64,000 nt of DNA from Podarcis gaigeae (lineage: Eukaryota). The position numbers were made by a program, and so were the translations under genes. How positions within the stretch are numbered: the stretch's first letter is position 1; each line of letters begins with the position of its first letter. The notes under the pieces were generated by a model. It made no database searches, was not told the DNA's origin, and was given only the letters and a program-made list of their open reading frames with translations. Positions 1 through 12,321 of the stretch are shown piece after piece. The stretch lies in the NCBI GenBank assembly GCA_964106915.2, contig OZ066920.1. The stretch is one strand, 5' to 3'.

Positions 1-1458
1 AATCTATCAAATCACACGCCCCATGTTTATACAGGGACACTTTCCCTCTTCTTTCCCTTTCTCCATTGGTCACCTTTTGTTACACAGGAACAGATCTGTT
101 TGGTACATCCTTCACATGCTAGTGCCAGTGGTCCTGGTGGCTGACATGGGATTTGATCCATCACCAAGCGCAAGTCTATCAGCAGACCACTTTAGCATTC
201 CCTGAGTTCACCATGAATACAAAGTTGTTTATATAAAACTCTCATGGCTCCATTGTCTTCTCACACACCAAAGTAGTGTAGGTGCTTTCTGTGCCGGCTG
301 GCATGCATCTAAACACCAGAGGGAGTGACTGAAGTCTCTTTTTTTAATTTCATGCTCAGTCAAGTTTAAGAGTCATTAACAGAACCTTTCTCCCTGGAAA
401 TGTTAAGTTCTGGGAACTTTTTTTGATTTACCTAATCAACAGTGGGATAACCTCACATAAATGTTCCTAATGCATGCAGGAAAGACCTCTGCTCTCTGAA
501 AGTTGCTGCTAGGGTGCTGGGTGGGTTTTTTGGCATGTTTCCAAATTAATAATACTGTTCCTTTCCAAAGACATTCTATCAGGAAGATTAATTTAAACCA
601 TATATGTTTCTAGAGAAGTTAACTTTGATTCTTGAGTAAGCTCTGTGATCTCAAAAGGGAAATAGTTACTCAATGACACAGCTCAAATTTATTCTACCAG
701 TTTTAATGGATGCTATGTAGCAGAGTGTCATCTATTAATGCCAGGCATACATCACCAAGGTTTGGACTCAAGCCCCTCAGTTCAGGATCATAAAAGTAAG
801 GTTCATAGGCAAAGTTTGAGCCAGGATTTTTAATTGTACTGTGTGTGTGTGCTAGAGTCACTATCAAATTGCTAAAGGAGAAGACTGTTGAGACAACACA
901 GTAACTGACAGTGATGTGTCACACAGTTTATTATGAAGCAATGAGGCACACTTCAGATACTGGCACCAGCCAGAGGGAGCCTCTTAGGGGCACTGGGAGG
1001 TTGTACCCCATGGCAAGAGCGAGAACCACGTACACTGGCAAGAAAAGGAGCAGTTGTTCCAAGGCTCCTTCAGCCCTCTTCGCATGTCATGGTAAATAAT
1101 AGTTTGTTTTTGGCTTACTGAAGGTGGTTCATGATATCTGGTTCAGTATAACATGAAGAGAGAGATTGTGGTTTGTTTCTCTCACCTGCTAAGCAGGCAG
1201 TAACAAAATTTGAATATCTATACAATGCTTAGAAAATGCTAGGCACTTTATGAGTGTTGATCAACAACTTATTGATATTATAAGGGCTAGAACTAGATGT
1301 AGAGTTGAGGCCACAGCCTACGCTTATTACTGCTTTCTAAAAACATCCCAGATGCTTGACTTGCATGCCACCCTCTTCCCCAGTCCAATCGTTTGGTGGC
1401 TCCAACTCATTTATTTGTATGGCAGTATTTCTGAGATTTACACTTTAAAATCCAGAGC

Positions 1459-1486
1459 GGGGGTGGGGGGTGGGGGTGGGGGCGGG
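1459..1486 (+). repeat. G-run tract, potential G-quadruplex
   Basis: GGGGGTGGGGGGTGGGGGTGGGGGCGGG: five G-runs with 1-nt loops. Confidence 0.6.
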
Positions 1487-3307
1487 AGGACCGGTAGAAG
1501 ATCTGCTTACAAAAGTCTGTATTCATGAGCAGAGAATAGAGTACTAGAAACTGGGTGATCCAATTAAGTTGACTACTAGTAGATTCAGTACAAATAATCT
1601 GATGTTAGGATTTCATAACTCTTTGCAAATATTTTAAATTGTGTAAAACCCAGAATATTTCAAATATGTATGTCTTATTCTGGTATGACTCCCACCTTCC
1701 CTGCAAAACAGAATTTCCCTCTGAGCATATAAATACCCTACAGCTTGAAGCATAAAGCCACTCAGATGTGGAAAAACTGCATTTCCCATTTCTCCAAGCC
1801 ACACTTACTGGAGGGGAAAGAGCTCACAGCAATATGGCTTATCAATATGTAGCAGTCAACCAGCCAGAGGTGTGGCATAATTTATCTTTGCAAGAATGCT
1901 TTTTAATCCTCATGCATCACTAAAAGTAGCAAAAGTAATTCCTCTCTCTCTGCAGGTTAGTTACATTAAATCATTTTAAAACGTTTATGCTGAAAACAAT
2001 CTGCTTGTATCATAAATGTATGATCTCAAAAGTCCTAGGCAATATAATTTCTTGCAAAATAAGAGAATCTGAATTCACGTGAGCCTCTTGGATTGCTTCC
2101 ACAAGCTTAGCAGGCAGTGCTTTCTGCCTATTTCAGTTTCTTTTGTGAAATTCCAAGTAGTTCCATTGAAATGCGTTAATGCCAAAACCATCTATCAGGA
2201 GTCCAAAGAACGAAATTGTGGACAACATGGGAGATACTTGAAAATGACAACCATATGAGATATGCCCGGAGGAGAAAGGAACACAAACTTACAGTACAAC
2301 CACCTTGTGACCTTGGCTGGTTCAGGTTTTCAGATGCTATTTTTGGCTGTTAACTCTGCTTTATATACTAAAATTCCTCCTAGGGAATTCTGGGCTATTA
2401 ATCTATGCTAACAGTGTTCTCAGCTTCTTTGTTTATGTGCAGACATGCATGTTAAACAGTTCTGGTAGGAAAGAAGCTTCCAACAAGATAAGCAAAATTT
2501 CTAATGCTTATCACACATAATAGCCGTGGAAAGAATGGGCAATATGTTGTTCCTATAAAGAGACCTTCTGTGTAAAATGATACTGTTCTCTGATGTACTT
2601 TCGTTCTTTAGCAGCTATTTCTAGACTAAAATTAATGTGAATACTCTACAAGGCAGTTTCCTATCTTAAATAACTGTTTCTTTAAAAGAATTTGCAGTCA
2701 AGCACACAAAAAACCTTATAGCTGGCAAGCAGGACTCTTGTCTGAGTCATTCACATAACGCAGCCTAATACAGCCTCCACTGTAGTGAAAGCTGCATTGG
2801 CTTCAGAGCCCCCTCTTACATGCACCTAGAAGAGGTAGAACATACAAACTAAGAATTGGGTTATGCTGCTCTTGATGATCTTGGTTACTCTGTGGAAACA
2901 GTAGCACTGTGTTGTTGTTGTTTTTTTGGGGGGGGGCTCTCTGCTGGTCTTGGGATCCAGGCAAATGCCCACTGTTGCCATCCCTGAGGAGAAGTGTTTA
3001 TTTCACAATCACAAAATGAAGTTGCACAGAGAAAATTTCCTGCTAATGTAACTCAGAGAGCATGCAAAGAACTATATGCGGTCAGGATACTTGCAAAGGA
3101 AAATGCTGAGATAGTCATGTCAAAGCTGAACCCGCCAAATATACGGTTTATCAGGGATTGCTCAGAGGAAACAACAACAGCGCTCTAGTCTAAAGATTGC
3201 CATAAGGCAAGAAGCAGTAAAGGGAGCAGATTTCAGAACTCAGGCTCAAATATACTTTATTCCCCCACCCCAACATAAGCAGAGTCAATATATCAAAGTA
3301 TGTTGTA

Positions 3308-3912
3308 CAGTGGTGCCCCGCAAGACAAACGCCTCGCAAAACGAAAGAGTTTTCCGTTTTTGAGTCGTTTTGCAAGACGAATTTCCCTATGGGCTTGCTT
3401 CACAAGAAGAAAGCCCATAGGGAAATCTCCGGGGACCTCTTTTAAATGCTGGCGGTGGGGAGCAAAGCCTTTCGCCCCTCTCCGGCCTTCAGAAGAGGTC
3501 CAGGAAGGCCGGCGGGGGGCCGAAAGGCTTTGCTCCCCACCGCCAGCATTTTAAAAGCAGTCCGGGATAGCAGGGAATTGCGAAGTCTCCGCTGTCCCGG
3601 GGCGATCTTAAAATGCTGGCGGGGAGCAGCAAAGCCTTCGCTGCCGTCCCCCAGCATTTTAAAAGCCCCCGGGACAGCGGAGACTTCTGAAGGCTGGCAG
3701 TTCGAAAAAAAGCCCTTGTCCCCCCCCCCCCAGCCTTCAGAAGAGGTCGGGGGACAGATTGTCCCCGGACCTGGTCTGAAGGCGGTTTCCATAGGAACGC
3801 ATTGATTGATTTTCAATGCATTCCTATGGGAAACCGTGCTTCGCAAGACGAAAAACTCGCAAGACGAAAAAACTTGCGGAACGAATTAATTTCGTCTTGC
3901 GAGGCACCACTG
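3308..3912. mobile_element. Non-autonomous Tc1/mariner-superfamily (Tigger/pogo-like) element, 605 bp
   Basis: TIRs CAGTGGTGCCCCGCAAGACAAA / TTCGTCTTGCGAGGCACCACTG. TA on both sides (3306-07, 3913-14). Repeated subterminal CGCAAGACGAA motif and internal inverted repeats. No transposase ORF. Confidence 0.9.
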
Positions 3913-5302
3913 TATATATAAAGGAAATTGGGCCACATAAATTCCTATCCCCTTTTGAAATAATAGGCAATACAAACATTGTGTATATTAGTTATGAGAG
4001 TAAATTAAAAGTTAATTGTTCATTCATTGAGTTGATTATCTTCGCAGTGGTAAAAACCATATTAAATATCTAAACTATTACCGGCATGTGAGCTATTCTT
4101 ATCTTCCAATAGTACATGGAACACAGAATGTACAATTGGATTGTCTAAAACATTGCAAAAAGACCCCCTGCCAGGAACTCAATCAAAGATCTTAGGTGTG
4201 AAAAATTATGAGATGTGAAAGCAATGCCCAAACTGGCTTTTCACAAATGGGTCACTGATCTGTCTGACATCAGATCTACTTTCAACACTTTTTTCTTTAC
4301 TACTTCTTACCTTTACACATGCAGCTCATTTGCTTTTTTATTATTAAAGTCTGCAAATTTAAAACTGCTTTAAACTTTTGTGCTTTAGAGAATAAAGGTT
4401 CAGAGGAAAGAGTGTTAATAGATGTTTTAAGGGTCAAACCTTCTGTGCTACATATACATATAATTAAGAACATCTGAATCATCTGAATCTTCTTCTGATC
4501 TTTAGCCCGGTAATGGAAAAAACACTCTCACACAATTTATTTAAAACTCAGTTTCTTCTCAAAAGATTAAGGGTGGGGAGGGGCAAGGGAAGGGAAGGGT
4601 GGATATGCCTTAATGTTCAAATGAAGTTGTTACTAGGATCAAAGCTTCATCCGACTGAAAACCAGGTTGAAAACATGTGAGCCACAGGTTCCACTGCATT
4701 TGAAATTAGTATTTGGGGTTGCAAAGGAAATACAAAAGGAGGAAAAGTAGTCACCTCACCATAATTTGGACTCCCAACTAGGAAGAAAGATATTGCCATT
4801 TATAATGAACAGCACTATATCATGTTTTGGGTGAGTGAAATTCTTTTCCTTGGGGATCATCCTTACTCTCAAGAGAAGCCTAAATGGAAAACTGTTGATG
4901 ACTATTTGACACAATTGGCTGGAAACAACTGACCCTGACATTTTTTAAAAAATGATGAAAAAGAGTAACTATGTTTCAGTTCTTTCTGCTGTGCAACCTG
5001 GGGGAAATGTATGAAATGTTGACTTTATTCCTTTTGATATTATTGGCAGTTAACCATCTAACATTTCTAAACTTCAAGTTCTGACCAGCAAAATCTCATT
5101 TTTGAGTGAAACACTTTATACTCTCAAATCAAAACAGATAAAATTCACTTAAACTTTAACTCTGTGGGTAATACATCTATACTGTGGATAGTCTTTTGTT
5201 TCCTTAACCATCCTAGAGGACACTGTTTTAGTCGCTCTCAGGTTAAGTAAAACATTTCATTGTCGGGAGAATGAAAAGAAGCTGCCCAATTTGTGCTAGA
5301 CT

Positions 5303-5740
5303 TTGGACTCGCTCCTGGATGAGGATGCTGATCTAGCCTGTGTAGCAGAAACCTAATTAGGGAAGGAAGGAGAGGTCAAATTGACACAATTATACCCACC
5401 AGGTTACACATGCAGCAGGAGGTAGGAACCAGGGGGCAGGGAGGCAGAGTTGTAAGGAGCTATTGGAAGTCCATCTGCCTATCAAGATACACTTTCAAGT
5501 GACCTCCTGGTTTAGAGTGTGTGAACCTTGGGTAACAGACAGGATTGGGATTCTAATGATTGATTTTATTTAATATGTTTAATATATTGCTTTTCATCAA
5601 AACGTTTTGCATAAATACGTATTTATGTGCTTAGATGCCACCCACCATTTGTCTCCTTGCCTGAGCTAGGTGAGGCACTCTTGGGGGTGGTATTGGTTTC
5701 CTCCAGATTACATGAAGCTGATGGGAGAGGTCATGCTGAC
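5303..5740 (+). mobile_element. Degenerate L2-type LINE ORF2 remnant (APE endonuclease N-terminal part)
   Basis: Hand translation gives LDSLLDEDADLACVAET*LGKEGEVKLTQLYPPGY (the 'LACITETWL' APE motif), followed by GGxGG-like and HPPFVSLPELGEALLGVVL segments, with stops and frameshifts. Confidence 0.7.
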
Positions 5741-6381
5741 AGCCAACTCTATCTCTCCCTTTCAACTGGTGCCAAGAAGGCTGTAGATATACTGGACTGT
5801 GGTGTGAGGACAATGATGGATACGGGCTAAAAGCCGAGGCTTCATCTGTAGAAGGCAGAGATGCTGATGGTCAGTAGACAAACTGATTCAGGAGTGGATG
5901 TACAACTGGTTCTGGATCCAGACTGCAACTTGGGAGCTACTATTAGATCTGACAGTGCAGATCTTGCTGGCAGTTGTAGCTAAAATGTGTGTTTGCTCAA
6001 TTTAGACAGATGCATGAACTGCTTACTTTCCTGGAGAAGCCAGAGCTGGCCAGTTACACACGCCTTACTTAACAGAGCATTTTACTGAAACATACCTACA
6101 CAAAACTGGCAGTAACTGTGGTTCATGCAAAATGTGCCAGCCAGAATGCTTTCAGGTTTCTGCTTTTTGGATATTACACTAATCTTCTTGTATCTATTTA
6201 CAGGCCCAATTCCCTAAATGGCTTGGGGCCAGAATATATGATCTTCTCCTGCAAGAACCTGCCTGTCAGTTATGGTCATCACCAGAGCCCTTGATCCTTG
6301 TTCTACTTTAAAGGTAAGTGTGACTAACAGTAACATGGCCTTCTTAGTGGCATCATCTCAGTCGTGAAACTCTCTCCCAAG

Positions 6382-7650
6382 TAGGCCTGGGCGAAGTATC
6401 GATACATAGTCCAGGATTGGTATGAGGGCCAGACTGTGATGGCTGCTTCACCTGGCGTTATATTGCGGGTGAAACTGCCTCTGCCACCAGTGCCCAAAGT
6501 GCGAGGGAGAAACAAGCTGAAGTCGGGCACTGGCGGCAGAGGGACTCAGGAGCAGCCGGGTGAAGAGGCCACCACCTCTGGCACCAAACCGCTGAGGGAG
6601 GAACAAGCTACCATATTTTTCACTCCACAAGACGCACCTAGTTTTTAGAGGGGGAAAACAAGAAAAAAAATATTCTGTGCAGAGCATGTAAGCTGCTCTC
6701 GCTTTAAAGCAAGCAAAGCGAGAGCCGCTTACATGACTTCTGTCCCACTTTGCGCAGCTCTCACTTTGCCTGCCCATTCCTCCTCCCGCCTTGCTGTAAA
6801 AGAGGAGGAGGAGACATGGGGACAGGTGCTTTGCTTGCTTTACAGCGAGGCGGGAGGAGGGATGGGGAAGCAAAGTGAGAGCGGCACAAAGTGGGACAGA
6901 AGCCATGTAAGCGGCTCTCGCTTTTCTTGCTCCCTTCCGTCCCTCCTCCCGCTCTGCTGGGAAGCCACCAGAGCAAGAGCGATAGCTGCGCAGTGGCTCC
7001 TGTTCTGCTGGCTTCCCAGCAATGTGGGATGAGGGACGGAAGGGAGCCCTTACACGGAGCCCCTTCTGTCCCTCATCCCGCTTCGCTGTGAAGCCAGCAG
7101 AGCAAGAGCGATAGCTGCTCAGCGGCTCTTGCTCTGCTGGCTTCACAGCGAGTGATGGATGGGAGTCATGGCTCTGGCTGCAGAGGCGTTCCTCAGCTTG
7201 CGACTGCAGCGGTAGCCAAGGGATCCCTCTGCCGCCCAGAGCATTCACTCCAAAAGACACACAGACATTTCCCCTTACTTTCTAGGAGGAAAAAAGGGCA
7301 TCTTACGGAGCGAAAAATACGGCACACTGGCAGGGACCAATGTAGCTTGTTCCTCCCATGGCTGCCTGCCCAACAACAAAGAAGTGTAACAGAGCCCCCA
7401 CCTTTCCTCCAGCTTGCATGAGTTGGAGGTGGGGTGGGAGCGCCTTTAAACTTTTCTGTTCAGGGGCATGCGGCTGCCTGCCCTTCAGTGGAGAGATCGG
7501 GCTCCCTCAGCTGGGGGGGCCTTCCCACCCCCCCAGCTGAGCAGCAGCTAGCTGCATTGGTCCCAGCGGGCAAGGTGCTTGTGCCAATGCGGCTTGTTTC
7601 AATATTGTGGTGTATCGCCAGCTTGCGATGTTTGGCTGGTGGTACATCAG
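6382..7650. mobile_element. Probable older GC-rich non-autonomous element (possibly hAT-like) that hosts the 6611-7322 insertion; boundaries uncertain
   Basis: Begins near TAGGCCTGGGCGA. GC-rich flanks on both sides of the MITE rejoin into a 21-bp hairpin when the MITE is removed. No clear right TIR or TSD. Confidence 0.35.
6611..7322. mobile_element. Non-autonomous Tc1/mariner-superfamily (CCGTA-ended, Tc2/pogo-like) element, 712 bp
   Basis: TIRs CCATATTTTTCACTCCACAAGA / TCTTACGGAGCGAAAAATACGG. TA at 6609-10 and CA (mutated TA) at 7323-24. Subterminal GACGCACCTAGTTTTT is shared with 8117-8797. Interior made of three hairpins. Confidence 0.85.
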
Positions 7651-8116
7651 TGTTGAAAACCTAACAATGCCTATCATGAAAGTATTAAAAGAATTACAGA
7701 TTCTGGCCCAAATCCCCTCTGTGTTTAACACAGACTATATGCTTTAGTGCTTCCCATAAAAGGTGTAACACCATTTGAAATCACATGTCATAAAAAAATT
7801 AAAACCACCAGGTTTCACTGGAAGTTTATTTACTATTTGTTGTCTGTGCTAAACCATGACAATGAAAGCCAAAACTTAAGGGATAATTTAAGAATAAAAC
7901 TATAAAAAATAATATTTGATGAAAAATTCAGGCAGAACTGGTTCATCGAAAGCGTAATAACTACACTGAGTGTGTTACAGTTAAATGCAAAGCAAGTCCA
8001 AGAAAAATTAATTCCAGCAATGCAGCTATTTTGAGTGCAATAGTATTTCAGGCATATTACAGGAACGTGGATTGTGAACAAAATATAACATGCAAAACCA
8101 TAAGCAGCACCTACTA

Positions 8117-8797
8117 CCGTATTTTTCGCACGATTGGACGCACCGGACCATAGGACGCACCTAGTTTTTTGGGGGGGAAATAAAGGGAAAAAATTTCCTT
8201 TTATTTCCCCCCCAAAAGCAGGTCATGGAAACCGAACCAGGTCGAGGAACAGCGGGATAATGGCGCTGCGCTGCTGTCCCCCGAGCTTGTGGGGCTGGCT
8301 GATGTCTGCCTGGCGCGTGGGGCGCTCTGCTTCAGCGGGCCCCACCCGCCAGGCAGCAGGCTGCTATCCGCAGCGTGGGGAGCTCTGCGGGGAACTCCTG
8401 CAAGGCTCCCCATGCTGCGGATGTGTTCCCGAAGTGCCGGGCGCTCTGCTTTCAGGGCGCCCGACGCTCCGGGAAGCAGGCTGCTATCCGCAGCCTAGAC
8501 ACGGCTAGCGGAGCGCTAATCCCGAAGCTTGGGGCGTGCGGAGCTCAGCGCGCTCCAAGCTTCTGGGTGCCGGCAAGGTCTAGACGGCTAGCGGAGACCT
8601 TGCCGGCACCCAGAAGCTTGGGGCGCGCTTAGCTCTGCACGCCCCAAGATTCGGGATTAATGTAGCGCTCCGCTAGCCGTCTCCCACGGCTAGCGGATAG
8701 CTTCCTGAAGCCTGGAGAGTGAGAGGGGTCGGCGCGCACACATTTTCCCTTGCTTTCTAGCAGGGAAAAAGTGCCTCCTATGGTGCGAAAAATACAG
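8117..8797. mobile_element. Non-autonomous CCGTA-ended Tc1/mariner-superfamily element, 681 bp
   Basis: TIRs CCGTATTTTTCGCAC / GTGCGAAAAATACAG. TA at 8115-16 and 8798-99. CpG-rich palindromic interior, homologous in inverted orientation to 43446-44300. Confidence 0.9.
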
Positions 8798-8811
8798 TAT
8801 TTTTACATATA

Positions 8812-9058
8812 CCGTATTGGCCCGAATATAAGTCGCACTCGAATATAAGCCACACCTTTAAAATTCAAGGGGGAAAAAGAAAAAAAAGACAATATCTGAA
8901 TATAAGCCGCTCCCTTAAAATTCTGCAGGCACTCACACCTGTTCCATTTTACCATATGTCTATTTCAGCAGCGATATCGTAAAAACCAATTTTTGTAAGG
9001 TTGCAAATTTAAGCCGCACTTTGGGAAAAAAGTGAGGCTTATATTAAGGCCAATATGG
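8812..9058. mobile_element. Short CCGTA-ended MITE, 247 bp
   Basis: TIRs CCGTATTGGCCCGAATATAAG / CTTATATTAAGGCCAATATGG. TA at 8810-11 and 9059-60. Internal repeats of GAATATAAGCCGC. Confidence 0.88.
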
Positions 9059-9369
9059 TAGTTGCAAAAATTTCTCATGAAACCACCTCAGACTGGCAGC
9101 ATTCTTGTCTGATGATTCAACTGGATTATATCAAGATTATAATCTTCTCCCAAGGACTGTTAAAAGTTGTCCTCCTAACTATTTCCCCCATTTTATATCA
9201 TAGAAATAAAAAAACAAAATTAGAGATTACCACATTACCCAGAACAATTCACTTTAAATTCAGGTTGTAATTTGTTTTAAAAGATTAGAGCTTCATTCAC
9301 ATCTAAAAAGCCTTCACATTCACTTTTTTTTTTACTAGAGTAGCAAAGGCTGACATGTATTTTACTCAC

Positions 9370-9534
9370 CTCTGTTAGACCAGACACCTCTCCTTTGGCT
9401 AATGGCCTAGTGATAGACGGGGTGAACACTCTGGCATCCGACACTGGCCTCCCCCTCATAAAGTGCTTCCCTGCTTCAAAAATGTTCACTTCTACCATTT
9501 TACCCATGAACTCAGGGTTCTTTGGCACAAGTAC
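9370..9534 (-). CDS. CDKAL1: CDKAL1 coding exon (165 nt), remainder of TRAM domain
   Basis: Translates [55 protein letters not shown] (overlaps ORF 9277..9528). Acceptor AG at 9536-9535, donor GTGAGT at 9369-9364. Phase 0-0. Confidence 0.96.
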
Positions 9535-9883
9535 CTTTAAAACAACAATAATAAAAACTTGCTTAAATGGAACACTTTAAAGTACTCAAGTTTGACATTT
9601 AGACGTGAGGAGGCGGGAAGTAAATATAAAATCTGCAAATCTCAGTTACTAATGCATGTTACTGTAAAATTTGGTAACAGGTAGACCTACCTTAACAAAA
9701 ACATATGCAACATCAGATCTACTTTTTCTTTCAGGTTCTCTGATGTATATCCTCAGGATTTGAGTAGATTTGTTCAAATTAATTTGCTATCAGGAAATTT
9801 TAAACAGTTCTGCTTTGTAATTATATTCTTAATTTGTTTGTCCTGAATGCTTATTTGGTTGTTACATGTTTTATTGTGATATA

Positions 9884-10198
9884 TGTCATGGCTAAAATGG
9901 CCATTGTTTCTTTAATGCTTAAAAAGCAGGGTCAGCATGAGTCAGCGGCCTGCACCGGTGGTTGTATGTATAGAGTGGGAATTGTTGGTTTGGGTTGGTT
10001 GGTTGGTTAATGAAAGCTGGTAGTGTTGTTGTGTGTCAGTCGCTTTTGCAGAAAGACTTTTAAGAATAAAAGCAGAAATTACTCTGCAAGGATACTTTTC
10101 TCGTGGACTCTTTTATGTCAACAAGGGTCCGAGGACCAGACTGAGGCGACAAAGGGAGGGCAGAACCCTTTTTTTTTTGCTTTTTACAAACACTGACA
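9884..10198 (+). mobile_element. Solo LTR, 315 bp, in the 1-kb intron between the two TRAM exons
   Basis: Ends TGTCA...TGACA (5-bp inverted). Identical 5-bp flanks ATATA at 9879-83 and 10199-203. TATA-like GTATATAG at about 9968 and AATAAA at 10065-70 on the plus strand. Confidence 0.7.
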
Positions 10199-10536
10199 AT
10201 ATACATTGAGGTTTTCTTTCATGTCACATAGGATCCAGATATCAAAATATTGTTATAAGCATGTAGCTTTGCATACAACTGAAAATCAGTTGCCGATGAT
10301 TTCTGTCCAACAGAAGTTGAATCCATAATGCCCAGCCTCTGAATTTTAAAGGGACAGAAGCCATATAAATGAGGATACACAAGGGCACCTCCAAATGAGT
10401 GATATCAGTTTTTTTGAAGGAGGTAACGTCAGTAAATCGGTTACATTGATGAATTATATGATTGTTAAAATAAGGAGGGAAAAAAAGACCTTCTCTCTCC
10501 TGCTGCCTCCCCCACCAGTCCAAGAAAAAGATTTAC

Positions 10537-10620
10537 CTGCTCGTAGAATCGATTATGAGCAACATAAAACTTGGAATCAAATGATTCTTCTGTCACCAGA
10601 ACATTTTGTTTCTCCCCAAT
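10537..10620 (-). CDS. CDKAL1: CDKAL1 coding exon (84 nt), start of TRAM domain
   Basis: Translates [28 protein letters not shown]. Acceptor TTTTTGCTTTACAG ends at 10621, donor GTAAAT starts at 10536. Phase 0-0. Confidence 0.96.
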
Positions 10621-12321
10621 CTGTAAAGCAAAAAAAGTCAACAGGTGAAGCCATAAATTTACCTCTGCAGAAAGTAGGACTTAAGAAACTTTATCTGTAA
10701 GGCAGATAATAAACGTATTATTACTAGGGAACTCATTTGAAGTCATAACTTATTTTTCATTGTCAAAAGTTTTCAGTGTGAAGCTCAAAAGAGATCCCCA
10801 TAAGTGCATCATATATGAACACATGCATGTTTCATGTGCATCTCCACAGAACAAAACATGGATCTTTAGACCATGGGTATCTTTACCATCGGGGCTTAGT
10901 AAAGCAAATGCCTCAGGCAACAGATGTTGTGGGGCAGTGGCAGCAGCAGACCCTATGTTTAAAGACAGCATTGTATATGTGCTACATCCTGCTAGCCCCC
11001 TGAGGTGTGATGGAGGGTGCTGTTCCATCACCAATGTTACTATCCAATCACCAGAATTGAAGCAAGATTCAGCTATCAGCCCAGCCTGCTTCTGTGCAAT
11101 AAATGAGATGACATCACTTTGCCATTTGCTTTATTATTGTTAATTTAATTTAATGTGTATACTGTACAAGCAAATACTTGCATATGCTGTTTTGAAGAAT
11201 ACATAACCATATAACCTTTTTGTGCATATCTGTACAATATGTGTGTAGTGACTGTAATGCTGCATATACAAATCCTATGTTCTCCCCCTCTTACTTCTTT
11301 AACAAAATAGGACTGAGCTAGGCAGCAGATGTACACAGTGCAAGCCCCCATTTTTTTCAACTGTTTCCCTGCCTGGCTTGAGGCTGGAGAAGCAGGAAGG
11401 ATTAAACAGAAGTCAAAGAAAGCAGGGCTTGAATAGCATCTAGTTAGCATAACAAAAGGAAGTGCCTCAGTTATTCAGCATTGGGCAATGCATCTCATTA
11501 AATACAAGTGAAAGAACAATTATTTAGGCCCCCTATGAATACTGTTTGGCACTGAGATATATATCAGAGAGAAATAGCAGGGCCATTCTGCTGGGAGAGT
11601 TTCTGCTTTCCCAGCCCAGCAATCCTGCTTGAGGGTAAATAGCCCACTTCCATTACTGTGCACCTGCATCTGACTGCTTCATTTTGATTTGGTTCCCTGC
11701 TGTGAAAATGTCGCTTCTTCAAGCACATACAAGCCCTGAAATGCAGTTCATATGAAAATTATATTCAGAGATGTCAGCAGTGACCTAAAAATGACAACCA
11801 AGGCCTCAGACTATCTGCTTTATTTTAAATTCTGTAATGTTTTACTGATTTCCACTCCCTTTCTGTCGCTTCTGTTTTCTACAATAGCATAATAAACTAA
11901 GCTATAATGCTGGAAGTTCTAGAAAACCGTATTTTGATTTAAGATTAAACAAGTGTAAATATATATAATTTCATTCTTTATGCGTCCCAAAGATTGCCTC
12001 TTTTGATTGTCTTTTCCAAAAATATAGCCAAATAATCAAAGGACTCGGAACACAGGAATTACTATGGAAACCTGTTCTAATTACTTATAATTTGCCAACT
12101 TCAATGTCCATAATTACCACTAAGCATCACAGTACACGTTTTGAAAATTACTTTAGTATAATAAAGGAAAATATACCAAATGCATATTCCATTACCACTT
12201 CTAGAAATATATGCATAATTAATACAAACCTCAACATAATAATTCACAACTAAAATAATCTTCAAACCTAAGTGTATTTAATTTCCAGATACATCATACA
12301 TATGTACATAAGTCACTATAT

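Noticed and set aside
3442-3846. Antiparallel ORFs sharing MLAVGSKAFRP
   Set aside because: Artefact of the internal inverted repeat of the 3308-3912 MITE.
6448-7260. 270-aa ORF (longest in the track)
   Set aside because: Lies mostly inside a GC-rich palindromic MITE and crosses its boundary. The same peptide motifs appear on both strands, and there is no transposase DDE/HTH or other domain.
1-9369. Search for the terminal CDKAL1 exon (C-terminal transmembrane anchor)
   Set aside because: No convincing phase-0 acceptor plus hydrophobic-tail ORF found by eye. It probably lies beyond position 1, but this exon is divergent and TBLASTN or RNA-seq is needed to exclude it.
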